Source: a virus
Taxonomy: Duplodnaviria > Caudoviricetes
IMG/VR virus record: IMGVR_UViG_3300020281_000001
Span: 1,442 to 65,441 of that record
DNA: 64,000 bases
Reading direction: 5' to 3' (one strand)
The position numbers and the translations under genes are program-made. Shown in pieces: positions 61,847 to 64,000 of the stretch. Under the pieces are notes generated by a model, which saw nothing but the letters and a program-made list of their open reading frames with translations, did no database searches and was not told the origin of the DNA. How positions within the stretch are numbered: position 1 is the stretch's first letter; each line of letters opens with the position of its first letter.

Positions 61847-63388
61847 ATGGCAATAATATATAGTTATCCAAACGCAGCAACGCCTACAACAAATGATGTT
61901 CTTCTTGGAACTAAAATGGATAATGATAAAGAAACAAAAGGTTTTACTATAGCTAGTTTAGCCGCGTTAGTTTCTGTTACATCAGGTACAGGTACAGTTA
62001 CAAGTGTAGCTACTGCCGACTCAACATTTATAAGTATAACAGGTGGACCTATAACAAGCAGTGGTACTTTAACTGCATCACTGTCTGCAACAGGTACTCC
62101 ATCTGATACAACATTTTTAAGAGGTGATAACACTTGGTCACCTGCAACAAGTACAGGATCACCTAATATTGCTGTGTTAGACGAAGGGTCAAGTATAACA
62201 AGCGCTGTAACTTCTTTAAATTTTACAGGTGGTGGTGTAACCGCAACTGTAGGTGCAAGCAATGATGTAACTGTAAACATACCTTCAGTAACAGGTGCTG
62301 TAACAAGTATTATAGGTGGTGATGGTATAAGCGTAGATCAAGCAACAGGTAATGTAACTGTTACAAACACAGGTGTATTATCTCTTGTAGCTGGATCAAA
62401 TATAAACTTATCACCAGTTAGTGGTTTAGGTAATGTAACAATAAATGCAGAAAACAATCCAGGTACAGTACAAAGTGTATTACCAGGTGATGGTTTGGTG
62501 TTAGGATCTGGAACAAATACATCTAATCCAAACATTGCTGTTAGTTATATAGGTTCTAATAACTACATACTTGTAGGTTCTTCTGCAGCAACACCTACAC
62601 AAGATGATTTTATACCATTTAACCAATTAAGTTCTAGTAATGTAAAAACAACTAGACTTTTAGACATACCAGAAACAGCATTACCTCTTGTAAAACAATA
62701 TGTAGATACAGGAGATAGTAATACTGTAAAAAACGATACTGATACATATACAACAACCGCAGTAGTAAATAACGTTGTAACATTAACACAAGCAGAGTAT
62801 ACAGCTTTAACCCCTAAAGATGTAAACACTTTATATGTAGTAGTTGCTAATGCTAGCGCAGGAACAGCATATACAGTTACTTTAAATACAACAAACAACA
62901 TTACTGGTGGAACAGCGGGTGTAGAATATGTATTATCAGGCGATGTAAACGGTGCAACACAAACCGGTATATCAGGTGAACCTTATTCTTTTACAACTAT
63001 AGCAACACCTGCAGCTGGTTATTATTTTTCAACACCAGCTGGTGGTTTAACTGAAACAGGTACAATAGCATCTACAACAAATGTTAATCAAACTTTAACA
63101 GGTGTTATAGCTGCTGTACCTACCCCAACAGTAACAGCTACACTTTTAGTTGTAACAGATATTCAAGGTGGACCATCTGATGGTTCAGGTTTTACATTAG
63201 GTGGTAGTTTAACAGGTGCAACACAAACAGGTACTTCACCTTTAACAGTTAACGCATTTTCAACAACATGTTCACCTGCAATGGGCTTTACATTTTCATC
63301 TGGACCTACAATAACAAATGCATCAGGAACAATAAATGGATCACAAACCGTAGTAACAACAATAACAGGTACACTACAATTAACATAG
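61847..63388 (+). CDS. Tail fibre protein (paralog 2)
   Basis: Colinear with paralog 1 over roughly 330 aa (FLRGDNTW, NQLSSSNVKT, TLTQAEYTALTPKDVNTLYVV). Confidence 0.8.
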   Translation: MAIIYSYPNAATPTTNDVLLGTKMDNDKETKGFTIASLAALVSVTSGTGTVTSVATADSTFISITGGPITSSGTLTASLSATGTPSDTTFLRGDNTWSPATSTGSPNIAVLDEGSSITSAVTSLNFTGGGVTATVGASNDVTVNIPSVTGAVTSIIGGDGISVDQATGNVTVTNTGVLSLVAGSNINLSPVSGLGNVTINAENNPGTVQSVLPGDGLVLGSGTNTSNPNIAVSYIGSNNYILVGSSAATPTQDDFIPFNQLSSSNVKTTRLLDIPETALPLVKQYVDTGDSNTVKNDTDTYTTTAVVNNVVTLTQAEYTALTPKDVNTLYVVVANASAGTAYTVTLNTTNNITGGTAGVEYVLSGDVNGATQTGISGEPYSFTTIATPAAGYYFSTPAGGLTETGTIASTTNVNQTLTGVIAAVPTPTVTATLLVVTDIQGGPSDGSGFTLGGSLTGATQTGTSPLTVNAFSTTCSPAMGFTFSSGPTITNASGTINGSQTVVTTITGTLQLT

Positions 63389-63401
63389 TAAAAAATAAAA
63401 A

Positions 63402-64000
63402 ATGGCAATAATATATAGCTATCCTCAAGAAACAAATCCACAAGCTGCCGATCTTTTAATTGGTACTTCTACTGTTACACAAGACGGTAAACAAACTAAT
63501 GTAACAAGAAGTTATTCAATTCAAACATTAACAGATTATATTAAATCACTTGGTGGTATAGGTGTCGAGTCAATAACATTTACAGCTCCACTTACAGGTG
63601 GTACAATAACAAAAGACGGCACAGTAAGTATTCCACAAGCCGATACATCAACAGATGGTTACTTAAGTTCTACTGATTGGACAACTTTTAATAATAAATT
63701 AGGTGGTATATCAGGTACACAATATTCTATACCAATATGGACTACAACCTCAGCTCTTGGTAATTCATCAATTGCAGAACCAGGCGGTGGCTCAACTATA
63801 ACAGTTGGTAAAACGCTTACACCATTAGCTGATGCTACTTATGATTTAGGTGTAACCGGTACAGGCAGGTGGAGAGATTTATTTTTATCAGGTACAGCTA
63901 ATGCTGTAAATGTAACAAGTACTAATATTACAATAACAGGTACATTATCAGCAAACGGTAGCACTGGTACATCAGGTTATGTATTAAGTTCTCAAGGTGC
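63402..64000 (+). CDS. Tail fibre protein (paralog 3), 3'-truncated by the window edge
   Basis: MAIIYSYPQETNP...DGYLSSTDWTTFNNK...YDLG...RWRDLFL...NGSTGTSGYVLSSQG; open to the window end. Confidence 0.8.
   Translation, partial: MAIIYSYPQETNPQAADLLIGTSTVTQDGKQTNVTRSYSIQTLTDYIKSLGGIGVESITFTAPLTGGTITKDGTVSIPQADTSTDGYLSSTDWTTFNNKLGGISGTQYSIPIWTTTSALGNSSIAEPGGGSTITVGKTLTPLADATYDLGVTGTGRWRDLFLSGTANAVNVTSTNITITGTLSANGSTGTSGYVLSSQG

Noticed and set aside
59339-62140. Diversity-generating retroelement template/variable repeat pair
   Set aside because: Differences are not confined to adenines, both copies are coding and N-terminal, and no reverse transcriptase is present.

Overview
The window holds most of an AT-rich (about 30% GC by eye) lytic, podovirus-like tailed phage genome, probably infecting marine Bacteroidota/Flavobacteriia. 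That host is inferred from A-rich leaders without Shine-Dalgarno sites, one TAnnTTTG promoter and the gene content. The rightward arm (59057 to the window end, continuing 1-41313) carries tail fibres, GroEL/GroES, small basic virion proteins, holin, terminase, portal, scaffold, capsid, tail and ejection proteins, and an M15 endolysin. The leftward arm (58536 down to 41400) carries small early genes, an initiator tRNA, a sigma factor, ERF and exonuclease, SSB, primase-helicase, nucleotide-metabolism genes and NrdAB. I recognise no DNA polymerase, integrase, reverse transcriptase or CRISPR array. Best candidate for a new system: the 2107-aa ejection protein looks like a self-cleaving polyprotein. 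It has a zincin HExxH motif and three L-[KQ]-[FY]-S junctions that bracket a sigma-factor region-2-like module and an HNH-like module, and eight copies of a non-host promoter motif sit in front of the early genes. Other highlights: several +1-frame nested genes inside terL, scaffold, nrdA, nrdB and primase; a ThyA-fold enzyme with the dCMP-specific Asp next to a GIY-YIG/MazG fusion; a 64-nt tRNA-like RNA; a ~160-nt structured RNA; and a duplicated dyad linking an HTH gene to the divergent intergenic region. All family assignments come from motif reading by eye; no searches were run.
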